A DNA stretch of 64,000 nt from an uncultured delta proteobacterium (GTDB taxonomy: Bacteria > Desulfobacterota > Binatia > Binatales > Binataceae), in NCBI GenBank assembly GCA_963842215.1, contig CAWJFQ010000010.1, forward strand, positions 107,471-171,470. Direction: 5' to 3'. The stretch's first letter is position 1. Each line of letters starts with the position of its first letter. Positions 1 through 9,805 of the stretch are shown piece by piece. The position numbers and the translations under genes are program-made. The notes under the pieces are model-generated. The model was given only the letters and a program-made list of their open reading frames with translations. It was not told where the DNA came from and did not search any database.

Positions 1-135
1 ATGGTGTCCGGTCGTGCAGGATGGCCAGACACTCTCTTTGAGTATCGCCCATCAGGACCGCGTAGCAAGAGGCGGGCATGCATCCCGTCGCTTAGGTTCC
101 GGAGAGACGAACTGAGGCGCGAAGCAGGGCGGGGT

Positions 136-1017
136 TCAGGAGCCCGAGTCGATGCAAGACGCGAGTATGCTGGAATCGCTGAAACATGCGGCGAATCCGT
201 CCACGCTCGAGTTGGGAGCGGACACGTTCGAGCTCTCGGTCCCTTCGTCGCCTTGGTTATCCTGCATTACGACACTCTCAGCCTCGGAGAGATTGACGGG
301 GACCGAATTGGCTGAGATGTCGCTGAAGGTCACCGTGCCGAAATCGGCCAAGGGCAAAACGCCGCCCGAGAACGGCGCCTCTTCAATTACATCCACCGAC
401 AGTCTAGAGGACTTGTACTTGACGACCTGGCTCCAGGTATCGCCGCTGGTTTCATTGGTCATCGAAAGCGTCCACGAAGTCTTCTTGTTGCATTTGGCGG
501 CGCAGCTCAAGGACGCGGTTATGACGTCGCCCGGGCTTATCATGAGTGAAGTAATAGGAATTTCAGCCCCCGGCAGCATTTCGTACCAAGCGTAGTATTG
601 GGACTCAGTATCACTGATGGAGTCCTGTTCGGTGCCCAATTGAATCAGACTGCCGTCTTCCTGGTGCCGCCCGCACTTCGCGTTTTTGCAAAACCCGCCG
701 ATCCCGACCCAACTCGATGACGCCGATTCAATTCCGTCAAAGAAAACCTGGGGCACGATCCAAGTCGCCTGGGCGGCCGTGTAATGCTCGCGGGTTATAA
801 ACTTGGGCAGCACGTATCCGGACCAGTTGGTGCTTTCAAACTCACCACTCTTTCTGCGGATAGCATCGCCCTTCGCGTCGCGAATGACCTCGATCGGATG
901 CCTCCCAACAGGCCGTTCGGAACCGGCGATCGCGGACGAAAAAAGGCCCGCTATTGTTATGAAGAGTCCGCAGACCAACGCAACAGGCACTATTGACAGT
1001 TTATTAAGTGTCTTCAC
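136..1017 (-). CDS. Secreted peptidase G1 (eqolisin / scytalidoglutamic peptidase) family protein
   Basis: 293-aa ORF with hydrophobic signal-like N-terminus (LSIVPVALVCGLFITIAGLFSSAIAG). Blocks NWSGYV, SSWVGIGG, LIQLGTEQ (candidate catalytic Gln), YYAWYEMLP (candidate catalytic Glu), VDVIEEAP and LPLADFGTVTFSD line up with G1-family blocks. Confidence 0.75.
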   Translation of the reverse strand: MKTLNKLSIVPVALVCGLFITIAGLFSSAIAGSERPVGRHPIEVIRDAKGDAIRRKSGEFESTNWSGYVLPKFITREHYTAAQATWIVPQVFFDGIESASSSWVGIGGFCKNAKCGRHQEDGSLIQLGTEQDSISDTESQYYAWYEMLPGAEIPITSLMISPGDVITASLSCAAKCNKKTSWTLSMTNETSGDTWSQVVKYKSSRLSVDVIEEAPFSGGVLPLADFGTVTFSDISANSVPVNLSEAESVVMQDNQGDEGTESSNVSAPNSSVDGFAACFSDSSILASCIDSGS

Positions 1018-1111
1018 GCATTAAGACCTAACCACGCCACTTAGTACGGGTCAACAACATTTTAATATGCCTAATGGCCCAAACTACTCGAAACTTAGCA
1101 GCTGATAAAGG

Positions 1112-1561
1112 TTAATTACCGCGCTCAGGAACGGTGCCTTCAGGCGCAAACTCCACCTTTTTGCCCGCGAAGATTGCGTCAAACGACAGTTGAGTCGTCG
1201 CGAAACCGGCCGTCACGACAATTCCGTAAGTGCCGGGATGGGGCAGCGACAGACTGATGTTAATGGCGACGGGGATTTTCACCGACGCGGTTTTGGGGAC
1301 ATCAGGCGCAGGCTGTCCGGTTTCCACCTGGCCTTTCATTTCGGGAACTACGGGAACGCCGGCTTCATCAGCGATAACCACGTTCAGTGGAAATTGGATC
1401 CCGACTTCCTCGGCGGTGAAGCCAAGGCCGACCGCGATGGCAAGTTGAACTGGCGCCGGGAAGTTCGGTGCGCGAAACAGATTCCAGCCGCCACCGAGGA
1501 TAAAGACTTTGCCGCCGACCGCCTGGGCCGCGTCAGCAAGCAAAGCGTATTCGATTTTCAT
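1112..1561 (-). CDS. Hypothetical protein
   Basis: ORF-track frame 1112..1591. I prefer the ATG at 1561 (MKIEYALLADAAQ...), which is preceded by GGGAGG. No motif I can name. Confidence 0.55.
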   Translation of the reverse strand: MKIEYALLADAAQAVGGKVFILGGGWNLFRAPNFPAPVQLAIAVGLGFTAEEVGIQFPLNVVIADEAGVPVVPEMKGQVETGQPAPDVPKTASVKIPVAINISLSLPHPGTYGIVVTAGFATTQLSFDAIFAGKKVEFAPEGTVPERGN

Positions 1562-1599
1562 TGTTAGACCTCCCAGACCCGTACGGAACATAATTGTAG

Positions 1600-2403
1600 G
1601 TGAAACTCGCCCTGGACTTCACGCTTCCCCGGGGCGCGGTAACTACTGCACTTTGGTATGAGGAAAGATCGGATCCGGTGAATCGAAAGAGTGCGTTTTC
1701 GTATGTCTGCAATGCTTGCGGGCTTTGTTGCCACGACAAGGTCATCACGCTCTCGCCGTACGACGTATTGCGAGTTGCGCGTGCGGCGGGTGTATCGACG
1801 CGCGAGGCGATCGATCGCTTTACGATTCGACGAGGGTCTATCTTGCGGTTCACTGAGGATGGCGCGTGCGTGACCCTCGAAGGCTCGCGCTGCGGAGTGC
1901 ATCGTGGGCGGCCACTTGCGTGCCGGCTCTATCCACTGGGTATGGAACGCATCAAAGATGCGGGCGGCGAGAAATTTGTGAAGCTCGAGCCCGCGGACGG
2001 ATCGCTTGGCGTCTATGGCAGCACGGGCGACGTTACCGACTTTGTCGAGGTGCAGGGCGTCGAAGACTATCTCGAAGCGAACGCTCGCTACGCGTCGTTG
2101 CTCGATGTTTTTCGCGAGCGGATCGCTGAGACAGTCGATTTCGATCGGGCCGAGCCGCGCGAGTTCTGGCGCCGGGCGACTCGCGAGGCTCTCGCCGAGT
2201 CGAACTACGACGCGAATCCGCTGATCGACGCGATGTTTGACGCCGATGGGATCGAAGTTATCACCAACGATCGAAAAACAGTCTCGTTTCATCTCACACG
2301 TCTTGCCGACATGATTCGTCGCGAATCGAATCCGGAGTTGCTCGCGGCCGCGGCTGTGATGCTTGCAGTGAGCCTTGGGTTCTCGCCAGCCGACGCTGGG
2401 TGA
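1600..2403 (+). CDS. YkgJ/UPF0153-type cysteine-cluster protein
   Basis: 267-aa ORF with CNACGLCCHD near the N-terminus and later CGVH...CRLYP, the Cys pattern of the YkgJ zinc/iron-chelating domain family. Confidence 0.65.
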   Translation: MKLALDFTLPRGAVTTALWYEERSDPVNRKSAFSYVCNACGLCCHDKVITLSPYDVLRVARAAGVSTREAIDRFTIRRGSILRFTEDGACVTLEGSRCGVHRGRPLACRLYPLGMERIKDAGGEKFVKLEPADGSLGVYGSTGDVTDFVEVQGVEDYLEANARYASLLDVFRERIAETVDFDRAEPREFWRRATREALAESNYDANPLIDAMFDADGIEVITNDRKTVSFHLTRLADMIRRESNPELLAAAAVMLAVSLGFSPADAG

Positions 2404-2410
2404 AGTCGCG

Positions 2411-3010
2411 TCAGTTGGCGGCGGCTGGGGCCGCGGGACTGACCGCGGCGGCAGGGGCGTTCTTGGGCACGCCGAGATCGGTCAGAATTTCGGTCGCGTG
2501 AGTTGACGGATCTACACTTGGGTACACCTTCAGCACTTTGCCGTTCTCATCGATCACATAGGTGATGCGGCGATCGAGGCCGAGAATCGGAATACCATTG
2601 GCCGCGCCGTAGGCCTTGGCGATCTTCTTGTCGGGATCGAGCAGGAGCGGGAAGGGCAAACCGTTTTTGCGGATGAAGTCCTTGTGCGCGTCGGCCGAGT
2701 CAACGCTGCATCCGAGCACCACCAGCCCCGCGTTGGTGTAGCGCGAGTAGCCGTCGCGGAAAGCGCACGCCTCTTTGGTGCATCCAGAGGTTTCGTCCTT
2801 GGGATAGAAGTAGAGGATGACCTTCTTGCCGTGGAAGTCGGACAGCGAGACCGGGGCTTCAGTTTCGCCGGTCACCATCTGGGTGCTGAACGGCGGCGCG
2901 ATCTCGCCTTCTTTGACGAGTTCGGCGCGCGCCATACGCGGACGCAGCGCGAGTACCGCAACAACGATTAGGGCGCCAGCAGCAATCAGTCCGAGTGTCA
3001 GCATCTTCAT
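2411..3010 (-). CDS. bcp: Thiol peroxidase (Bcp/AhpC-TSA peroxiredoxin) with N-terminal membrane anchor or signal
   Basis: FYPKDETSGCTKEACAFRD peroxidatic-Cys block. ATG at 3010 (MKMLTLGLIAAG...) follows GGAGGA; the ORF-track start at 3025 is an upstream alternative. Confidence 0.8.
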   Translation of the reverse strand: MKMLTLGLIAAGALIVVAVLALRPRMARAELVKEGEIAPPFSTQMVTGETEAPVSLSDFHGKKVILYFYPKDETSGCTKEACAFRDGYSRYTNAGLVVLGCSVDSADAHKDFIRKNGLPFPLLLDPDKKIAKAYGAANGIPILGLDRRITYVIDENGKVLKVYPSVDPSTHATEILTDLGVPKNAPAAAVSPAAPAAAN

Positions 3011-3070
3011 GCGAGTCCTCCCCATCTGGTCGTAAACCGCGAGCCCAGCGGTAAAGTTCCCGAGACAGGA

Positions 3071-3997
3071 TCAGATGTAGTAGAGCCAGTCGCGGTAGCG
3101 CGGCTCGCGGCCGTGCAGAGTGGCCGCGAAGACCTGCTGCACCTTGGCGGTGATAGGACCGGGCTTGCCGGAGCCAATCTTGCGATCGTCGAGCTCCACG
3201 ACCGGAGTTACTTCGGCGGCAGTGCCGGTCATGAAGGCTTCGTCGGCGATGTAGAACGCGTCGCGGGCGAAATACTCCTCGCGCACCTCGACTGCGTTGT
3301 CGCGCAGAATCCTGATGACAGCGTCACGGGTGATGCCTGCGAGCACTGACGTGAGTGGAGGAGTGCGGACTACTCCGTCGCGAATGACGAAAACGTTCTC
3401 GCCGCTACCCTCGGCGACGAAGCCTTCAGTGTTGAGCAGGAGCGCCTCGTCGTAGCCGTTGCGGCGGGCCTCGTAGCCGGCGAGGATCGAGTTGACGTAG
3501 TGACCGGTGGCCTTAGCCGCCGGCATCATGGAGTTGTGATGGAATCTCACGAAGGATGAAGTCTTCAGCCGCACGCCTTTGTCGATGCTGTCCTGGCCGA
3601 GATAGGCGCCCCATGGCCATGCGGCGATCGACACACGGATTTTGTTGCCGCGCGCCGACAGTCCCATCTCACCTTCGCCGAAAAACACCAGCGGCCGGAT
3701 GTAGCATTCGGCGAACTTGTTGACGCGCACGACGTCGGCGCATGCTTTGAGCAATTCTTCCTGGCTGTACGGAACTTCCATCTCGACGATGTGGCCCGAC
3801 TCGACGAGGCGGCGGATATGCTCGCGGGCGCGGAAGATTGCCGAGCGGCCATCGTCGCTCTTGTAGCATCGCATCCCTTCAAAAACCGCGAGGCCGTAAT
3901 GCAGGCTGTGGGTGAGAACGTGGACGGTGGCCTCATCGTAGGGGACCATTGCGCCGTCCATCCAGATTCGATCGGAGCGCAAGTTGTTGGCAGGCAT
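3071..3997 (-). CDS. ilvE: Branched-chain amino acid aminotransferase (class IV)
   Basis: HSLHYGLAVFEGMRCY, YIRPLVF and GENVFVIRDGVVRTPPLTSVLAGITRD blocks. Trimmed from the ORF-track start 4159 to the ATG at 3997 (MPANNLRSDRIWMDG), which gives the usual roughly 308 aa. Confidence 0.85.
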   Translation of the reverse strand: MPANNLRSDRIWMDGAMVPYDEATVHVLTHSLHYGLAVFEGMRCYKSDDGRSAIFRAREHIRRLVESGHIVEMEVPYSQEELLKACADVVRVNKFAECYIRPLVFFGEGEMGLSARGNKIRVSIAAWPWGAYLGQDSIDKGVRLKTSSFVRFHHNSMMPAAKATGHYVNSILAGYEARRNGYDEALLLNTEGFVAEGSGENVFVIRDGVVRTPPLTSVLAGITRDAVIRILRDNAVEVREEYFARDAFYIADEAFMTGTAAEVTPVVELDDRKIGSGKPGPITAKVQQVFAATLHGREPRYRDWLYYI

Positions 3998-4171
3998 AGT
4001 GGGGTCAAAAGTAGTCGAAGGTGAGTGGTTAGTCGATGGGCCGAAATCCACGGACACCGGTGCAGACTGAAGCCGATTCGGGCTGTCATTGGTGCGATTT
4101 GGGATGGGTCGACGTATCGGAAAAGCGCGATCAAGTTCACCCTGAACCGGTGCCGTCACCTGACTCGGAAA

Positions 4172-5677
4172 CTAGTCGCCGCGCGTTGGATCGTGAGCAG
4201 CAGAGGAATCGTCGGGGCGATTGCCGTTCTCGGCGGTCGCTGCGACGGAGTCGTGGGCGGCGTCTGTGCTCGAGGTGTTAGTGCTCGCGGCGCTGCCGTG
4301 GCGCGAGCGGCGGCGACGACGCCGTCGTCGGCGGCGGTCGCCGCCCGGCGGGGTCGGCGGGCTGTCGCCGGCGGGCGACGGCGCGCCAGGGCTCGAGCTG
4401 AAGGCGTCGGGGTCGGCGAGGAACCGAATCATGCGCGAGGAATCGATCGAATAGGTCGGCGCGGTCATCTCGAAGAACATCCGCGCATCTGGAAAGTACG
4501 GCCGGCGCATCAGGCGCCGGGTACGACGTGTGGGCGAGGCCAGGTTGGCGAAGGCCTCGAGGATCAGTCGCATCTGCTCGGTGTCGCCGCGCGCGAAGCC
4601 GCGCGCGCGAAGCTCGCCGAGCAGATCGATGCGCCGGCTGCCGCCGCTGCTGCGATCGCCGGCGCCGCCGGCGCTGACGCGCGCGCCATCGCGGTAGAGG
4701 TCGAGCATCAGGGTGGCGAGCACGATCGAATGATCGGGAGAGAATCCGCTGGCGATAGCGCGGCCGAGAGCCGCCATGTTGCGGACGGCAGGCTGCTCGG
4801 CCAGCGTCGCGCCACGCGATTTCAGATGAGTCGAAAGAATCGGAATGACGTATTCGAGTAATCCCAGCTCTTGCATCAGCACCAGCGCATGCGCGGCCTC
4901 GGGCTGTCCAAGCGTTTTGTAAGTCTCGTCGACCAGGCGCGGAACGGAAGCCTTGGCGAGGTCGGCGCGATGGCGCTCGATGGCGGCGCGGGTGGCGGGC
5001 TCGATTTCGAAGCCGAGCTTGGCGGCGAAACGCACCGCCCGCATCATGCGCACGGGATCCTCGCGCATGCGGAGCTCGGGGTCGCCGATGGTGCGAATTA
5101 GTCGAGCTTCGAGATCGTCCACGCCACCAGGGAAATCGATCACGTGAAAAGTCTGCGGGCTGTAGAACAGTGCGTTGACGGTGAAGTCGCGGCGGAACGC
5201 ATCCTCTTCGGGCGTGCCGAAAGTGTTGTCGAGGCGAATCAGCGGGTCGTCGGTGTCGGCGACGGCCTCGGCCTGTTTGCGAAAGGTTGCGACCTCGACG
5301 TTCTGACGGCCGAAGAAGACGTGGACCAGGCGAAAGCGCCTGCCAATCAGGCGCGAGTTACGGAACAATTCGCGAACCTGCTGGGGATGCGCCGAAGTGG
5401 CGACGTCGAAATCCTTCGGCTTCCGCGAGAGCATCAGGTCGCGCACTCCGCCGCCGACCAGGTATGCGTCGAAGCCGGCGCCGGCCAGCCGATAGAGCAC
5501 CTTGAGAACGTTGGCGTCGATATCGCGGCGCGAGATGGGATGCTCGGCGCGGGCTAGTATGCGAGGTTCCAATTGCGTATCGCCGGAATTCGCTCCAAAG
5601 CTAGCATGACAGCGAGCAGGCTTCATCGTCCCTGCGGGAACCGTGAGCGGCTGAGCCGCTTTGCCCAGATCGCTCAA
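4172..5677 (-). CDS. pcnB: Poly(A) polymerase I (nucleotidyltransferase, PcnB type)
   Basis: YLVGGGVRDLMLSRKPKDFDVAT head domain plus the PAP-discriminating RLIGRRFRLVHVFFG...EVATFR block, and a basic poly-Arg C-terminal tail. The start is uncertain (TTG 5677 or ATG 5626). Confidence 0.8.
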   Translation of the reverse strand: MSDLGKAAQPLTVPAGTMKPARCHASFGANSGDTQLEPRILARAEHPISRRDIDANVLKVLYRLAGAGFDAYLVGGGVRDLMLSRKPKDFDVATSAHPQQVRELFRNSRLIGRRFRLVHVFFGRQNVEVATFRKQAEAVADTDDPLIRLDNTFGTPEEDAFRRDFTVNALFYSPQTFHVIDFPGGVDDLEARLIRTIGDPELRMREDPVRMMRAVRFAAKLGFEIEPATRAAIERHRADLAKASVPRLVDETYKTLGQPEAAHALVLMQELGLLEYVIPILSTHLKSRGATLAEQPAVRNMAALGRAIASGFSPDHSIVLATLMLDLYRDGARVSAGGAGDRSSGGSRRIDLLGELRARGFARGDTEQMRLILEAFANLASPTRRTRRLMRRPYFPDARMFFEMTAPTYSIDSSRMIRFLADPDAFSSSPGAPSPAGDSPPTPPGGDRRRRRRRRRRSRHGSAASTNTSSTDAAHDSVAATAENGNRPDDSSAAHDPTRGD

Positions 5678-5715
5678 AAAGAGTTACGCTAAATGGTACG
5701 AGAGGAGACCTCCAC

Positions 5716-6246
5716 ATGGATAAATTTCTAAGCGACGTTAAAAAACTTCGCGAAAGCGCCCGCAAAAATATGGACAAGGGGTCCGTGACCGAAGGCTACA
5801 AAGCCGACGTGCAGCAGGTGCTGAAAGTGCTCAACGACGTGCTGGCAACCGAGTTGGTCTGCGTGCTGCGCTACAAACGCCACTATTACATGGCACAGGG
5901 CATCAGCTCCGATTCGGTGAAGGCGGAATTTCTGCAGCACGCCAACGAGGAGCAGCAGCATGCCGATTGGGTAGCGGAACGAATCACGCAGCTTGGCGGT
6001 GAACCCGACTTCAGTCCCACTACGCTCGCCGATCGCTCCGCCTCGGAGTACGTCGAGGGCAAGACACTGGTCGACATGATCAAGGAAGACCTGATTGCGG
6101 AGCGGATCGCGATCCAGACCTATTCGGAGATCATCCGATGGCTGGGCGACAAGGATCCGACGACCAAGATTTTGATCGAGCAGATCAACAAGGTCGAAGA
6201 AGAACACGCCAACGACATGCTGGATTTGCTGGCCAAGATGGGCTGA
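5716..6246 (+). CDS. Ferritin-like (bacterioferritin/Dps-related) protein
   Basis: 176-aa ORF with GAGGAGA before the ATG. The four-helix-bundle pattern ELVCVLRYKRHYY...HANEEQQHADWVAERITQLGGEPDF...KVEEEHANDM carries E/H metal-ligand spacing. Confidence 0.7.
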   Translation: MDKFLSDVKKLRESARKNMDKGSVTEGYKADVQQVLKVLNDVLATELVCVLRYKRHYYMAQGISSDSVKAEFLQHANEEQQHADWVAERITQLGGEPDFSPTTLADRSASEYVEGKTLVDMIKEDLIAERIAIQTYSEIIRWLGDKDPTTKILIEQINKVEEEHANDMLDLLAKMG

Positions 6247-6389
6247 CGATCGGGGTTAAGTTATGGGGCGTGGAGGCGATGCGGTCGCGTCCGCGCTTCC
6301 TGAATTCTCCGCAGCCGAGTTTGACTACCGGCTACAGCGGTATTCAGGAATTCCGCCCGACGCCATGGACTAACGGGAACAGAGAGTCG

Positions 6390-7019
6390 TCAGCACGAGC
6401 GGTAGAAGAGCCAGGCGCGTTCGGAGATCGCGGCTATATAGAAGAGGGCGATCAGCGGGGCCAGGTCCCGCACCATGGCGCCGGGAAGTGCGGGCGGCGG
6501 CGAGATCGCGAGCGTGATCACGAGGGCATAGTTGATGATCCCGCCCCAATGCCCGAGCCGGCTTCTGATTGGGCCCGCGGCGGGTTGTCCGATTACGATT
6601 GAATCGATCACGTACTGGCTGAACGACAGCGCTATCAGTAGCGGGATACACAATGGAATCGCGCCGACGGACGCCTCGCAAATGAGCGCCGCCAGCACGA
6701 ATGTCACGTCGGCAATACCGTCGAGCCATCGGCCGCTGCCACTGGCGACGCCGAGGCGCCGCGCGATTCGCCCGTCGATGAAGTCGCTGCCGGCGGCGGC
6801 CAGCGCAACGATCGTGTATGCCAGCCGTCCGTCGTGCCCATGCGCGGCGAGCTCGACCCAGATTGCCGCGAGCGCGAACCGCAGCGCGCTAAGACCGTTG
6901 GGAACCTGCGCAAGCATCACCGAGTCGCGGCGTATCGTTTCGCTCGCGGCAGCCGAATGCTCTACAATCGTTCCCTTATGCCTGGAAAAACTTCCCGCAC
7001 GATTCAGATCGTCAGCCAC
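6390..7019 (-). CDS. CDP-alcohol phosphatidyltransferase family protein
   Basis: Exact DG(x2)AR(x8)G(x3)D(x3)D motif in DFIDGRIARRLGVASGSGRWLDGIADV; multi-TM. The start is possibly internal (MLAQVPNG, 6917), which would remove the overlap with the divergent DHH gene. Confidence 0.75.
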   Translation of the reverse strand: MADDLNRAGSFSRHKGTIVEHSAAASETIRRDSVMLAQVPNGLSALRFALAAIWVELAAHGHDGRLAYTIVALAAAGSDFIDGRIARRLGVASGSGRWLDGIADVTFVLAALICEASVGAIPLCIPLLIALSFSQYVIDSIVIGQPAAGPIRSRLGHWGGIINYALVITLAISPPPALPGAMVRDLAPLIALFYIAAISERAWLFYRSC

Positions 7020-7955
7020 GGCCCGTCATGCCTCGACGGTGTAATGGCGGCGGCCGCGGTAGCGCGCTTTTACGATGGCCATAAGGTTCTTACGACGCTG
7101 GCCGGCAACAACGACGCCGACCGCGTGCTGCAGGACCTGACGCTCAAGTCCGACGACAACAGCGACGAGATCTGGATCACCGATCTATCCTGGAACTCAC
7201 CGGCAACCGGCGCGCACCTGGCCGAGTTGAGTGAGCGGGGCGCGCGCATTTTCTGGATCGATCACCATCGCACCGCAGTTTCCCGCGCCGACGCGCCCGA
7301 GTTCAAGGTGCCATTTGCCGGCAAGGTTCTGAACGAACAATACTCGGCGGCGCGTTTGACGTTTAATTTTCTCAAACGAATGGGACGCGACCTTCCCGAG
7401 CGCCAGCGCGCCGAGTTCGACTCGTTCCAGCCGTTCGTGTTGATAGCCGATGATCACGATCGCTGGATTCATAAGATCCCCGAGTCCTCCGACTGGGCGC
7501 TGGCGGTGCAGACCCTTGGCGGCAGTTCATCGTATCGCGAAATTTTGAAACTGCGCGAGCCACGAATGAGCCGCAAGCTGCGCGCCGCCTTCGAGTCGGG
7601 ACAGGACGCGATGCGCCGCAGCCTCGAGCTGGCGCACGCGACGATGGTCGATCGCAAGCTCGATAATGGAATCACAATTCGGACGGCGTGCTGCTTCGGC
7701 TACAGCAGCGAAGTCGCGGCTGATCTCTACAAGGGTCAGACGCGTACTGTCGTCGCGCTCTTCGATTTGCGCAGCCAGGGCGTGAGCCTGCGCCGCAGTG
7801 CCGACTGCGACGTCGATTTGTCGGTGCTCGCACAGCATTTCGGTGGCGGCGGTCATGCGGCGGCGTCCGGGCTGATGATTCCCGATTTGCGCCGTGTTCC
7901 GGCTGAACGGCTGGCGGAAATTCTGGGCGATCAGCTCGAAAAAGCGCCAAACTGA
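6978..7955 (+). CDS. DHH/DHHA1 family phosphoesterase
   Basis: IVSHGPSCLDGVMAAA, WITDLS, FWIDHHRT (DHH) and FGGGGHAAASG (DHHA1) motifs. Trimmed from ORF-track start 6834 to the ATG at 6978 (MPGKTSRTIQIVSHG). Confidence 0.7.
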   Translation: MPGKTSRTIQIVSHGPSCLDGVMAAAAVARFYDGHKVLTTLAGNNDADRVLQDLTLKSDDNSDEIWITDLSWNSPATGAHLAELSERGARIFWIDHHRTAVSRADAPEFKVPFAGKVLNEQYSAARLTFNFLKRMGRDLPERQRAEFDSFQPFVLIADDHDRWIHKIPESSDWALAVQTLGGSSSYREILKLREPRMSRKLRAAFESGQDAMRRSLELAHATMVDRKLDNGITIRTACCFGYSSEVAADLYKGQTRTVVALFDLRSQGVSLRRSADCDVDLSVLAQHFGGGGHAAASGLMIPDLRRVPAERLAEILGDQLEKAPN

Positions 7956-8041
7956 AGCGTCAACTGACCGTCTTTCTCAATTTCCGCTGCATTCTCCGGA
8001 GCGGTATTGCACTTGCTTCATTTTCTACAATTTGCCTAGAC

Positions 8042-8055
8042 TGACCGTACGTTCA
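8042..8055. promoter_or_regulatory. Candidate TetR operator (imperfect 14-bp palindrome TGACCGTACGTTCA)
   Basis: Lies about 25 nt upstream of the TetR start and is flanked by direct GACTGAC repeats (8039-8045, 8059-8065). Assignment is by position only. Confidence 0.25.
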
Positions 8056-8078
8056 TTTGACTGACTGTCCAGTTTTAC

Positions 8079-8684
8079 ATGACGAAAGAAGAGGTAATCA
8101 AAGAATACCGGGTGCGGGAAATCCTCGAAGCCGCACGGCGCGTGATGGGGCGATGGGGCATGCAGGGGACGACGGTGGACCGCGTGGCCGAGGAAGCGAA
8201 GGTCGCCAAGGGCACCATCTACCTCTATTTCGAGACCAAGGACGCGCTGGTTCACGCGGCTGTGCTCGAGGGTTTGCGCGAAATGGTGGCGGAGACGGTC
8301 GCGTCGGACGAACCGTCAAGACCGCCGCTGGAACGAATCCGCAAACTCATCCTGTCGCAGTTTCGAATACAGGCGTCGAACCAGGATTTTTTGAAGACCC
8401 TTATTATCGGCAATTCGCTCGATATCGAAGTTGAATCGGAAGCCGGCCGCGAATACATGCGGGTCTACGCCGGCCATCTCGACTTCATGGCGTCAGTGCT
8501 GCAGGACGCTATCGACCGCGGCGCGGTTCGGCCGATCGATCCGCAGTTCGCTGCGTTCATGCTCGGCGAGATGCTGACCGGGTCGCTGCGGCGGCGGCTG
8601 CTCAAGCTGGCGTCGAGTCCGCTCGAAACCGACGCCGAGGCGGTGGTGGAGCTTTTTCTTAAGGGGATCGCGGCGATTCAATGA
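8079..8684 (+). CDS. TetR/AcrR family transcriptional regulator
   Basis: N-terminal HTH block GMQGTTVDRVAEEAKVAKGTIYLYFETKDAL. Its stop overlaps the start of the downstream efflux genes. Confidence 0.85.
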   Translation: MTKEEVIKEYRVREILEAARRVMGRWGMQGTTVDRVAEEAKVAKGTIYLYFETKDALVHAAVLEGLREMVAETVASDEPSRPPLERIRKLILSQFRIQASNQDFLKTLIIGNSLDIEVESEAGREYMRVYAGHLDFMASVLQDAIDRGAVRPIDPQFAAFMLGEMLTGSLRRRLLKLASSPLETDAEAVVELFLKGIAAIQ

Positions 8685-9805
8685 AGCTAAAGTCACTCAG
8701 GGTCACAGCTTTCGCCGCGCTGGCGGCAGCGCTGGGTACGTTGGCGCTCGCGGGATGCCATCAGCCGCCCGCCGCAGCGGAAGTCGACAAGGACAGCAAG
8801 ACGGGGCCGGCGCCGATTGCGATCGCTGTCGCCGCGGCACATCGGAGGAGTCTCGACCGCACGGCCGAGGTGCAGGGCGCGCTGTTCCCGCGCGAGCATG
8901 CGGTGATGTCGTCGGAGGTCGAGGGCCGGGTGACAGACGTGGTCGCCGACTTCGGCGATAAGGTCACGGCCGGCCAGGTGATGCTGAAAATCAATCCGCG
9001 CGAATACCAGCTGCGGGTCGAAACCGCGCAAGCGACGCTCGACCAGGCTCGCGCCAGGCTGGCCAATTCAACCGCCCGCTTCCGTCGCGCGCAGGCGCTC
9101 AAGCAAGCGGCGGCTATCTCGGCCGAGCAGTTCGATCAATTGGCCTCGCAGATGCGCGTCGACCAGGCCGACACGGAATCGGCGAATGAAGCGGTGGCGA
9201 TGGCGCGCAAGAAACTCAGCGACACCGAAATCAAGGCGCCGTTCAGCGGCTCGGTACAGAAACGAATGGTTTCGCTCGGCGAGTACGTCTCGCCCGGCAA
9301 AGAAGTTTACGAACTGATCGCGACCGATCCGATTAAGCTGCGTTGCCCGATGCCGGAGCGCTTCGTGCCGCTGGCGCGGGTGGGAATGCCGGTGAGCCTT
9401 ACGCTCGACGCCGACCAGGGTGCGTCGTACCCGGGAAAGATCACGCGAATCGCGCCGGCGCTCGATGAAAGCAGCCGCACGTTGTTGATCGAGGCCGAAG
9501 TCGCAAACCCCACCGGCGCGCTGAAGCCGGGGTTCTTCGCGCACGTGACGATGGATCTCGGCCACGATCGCGCGCTGTTCGTGCCGAGCGCCGCGGTGCT
9601 GCGCTACGCGGGTGTCGCAAGGGTGTTCATCGTCGAGGGCGGCGTCGTCCGTGCGCGCGAAGTTACTACGGGCAGCGTGGTCGGTGACCAGACTGAAATT
9701 ACCAGCGGGCTCAAAGAAGGCGAGCACGTCGCGGTCAGCGAAGTCGATCGCCTGGCCGACGGCACGGCGGTCTCGGTATCGACGGTGGCGAAGGAGCAGT
9801 CGTGA
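8681..9805 (+). CDS. Efflux RND transporter periplasmic adaptor (MFP/HlyD family)
   Basis: Lipoprotein-like signal (LALAGC), a coiled-coil hairpin region, and the IKAPFSGSVQKR and FVPSAAV blocks. Start and stop overlap the neighbouring genes, giving an operon layout. Confidence 0.85.
   Translation: MKLKSLRVTAFAALAAALGTLALAGCHQPPAAAEVDKDSKTGPAPIAIAVAAAHRRSLDRTAEVQGALFPREHAVMSSEVEGRVTDVVADFGDKVTAGQVMLKINPREYQLRVETAQATLDQARARLANSTARFRRAQALKQAAAISAEQFDQLASQMRVDQADTESANEAVAMARKKLSDTEIKAPFSGSVQKRMVSLGEYVSPGKEVYELIATDPIKLRCPMPERFVPLARVGMPVSLTLDADQGASYPGKITRIAPALDESSRTLLIEAEVANPTGALKPGFFAHVTMDLGHDRALFVPSAAVLRYAGVARVFIVEGGVVRAREVTTGSVVGDQTEITSGLKEGEHVAVSEVDRLADGTAVSVSTVAKEQS

Noticed and set aside
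1-315. 104-aa ORF at the left edge, and other + strand ORFs over 136..1017
   Set aside because: They overlap the antisense of the G1 peptidase gene, have Arg-rich composition and no motif. The first 135 nt are left unannotated.
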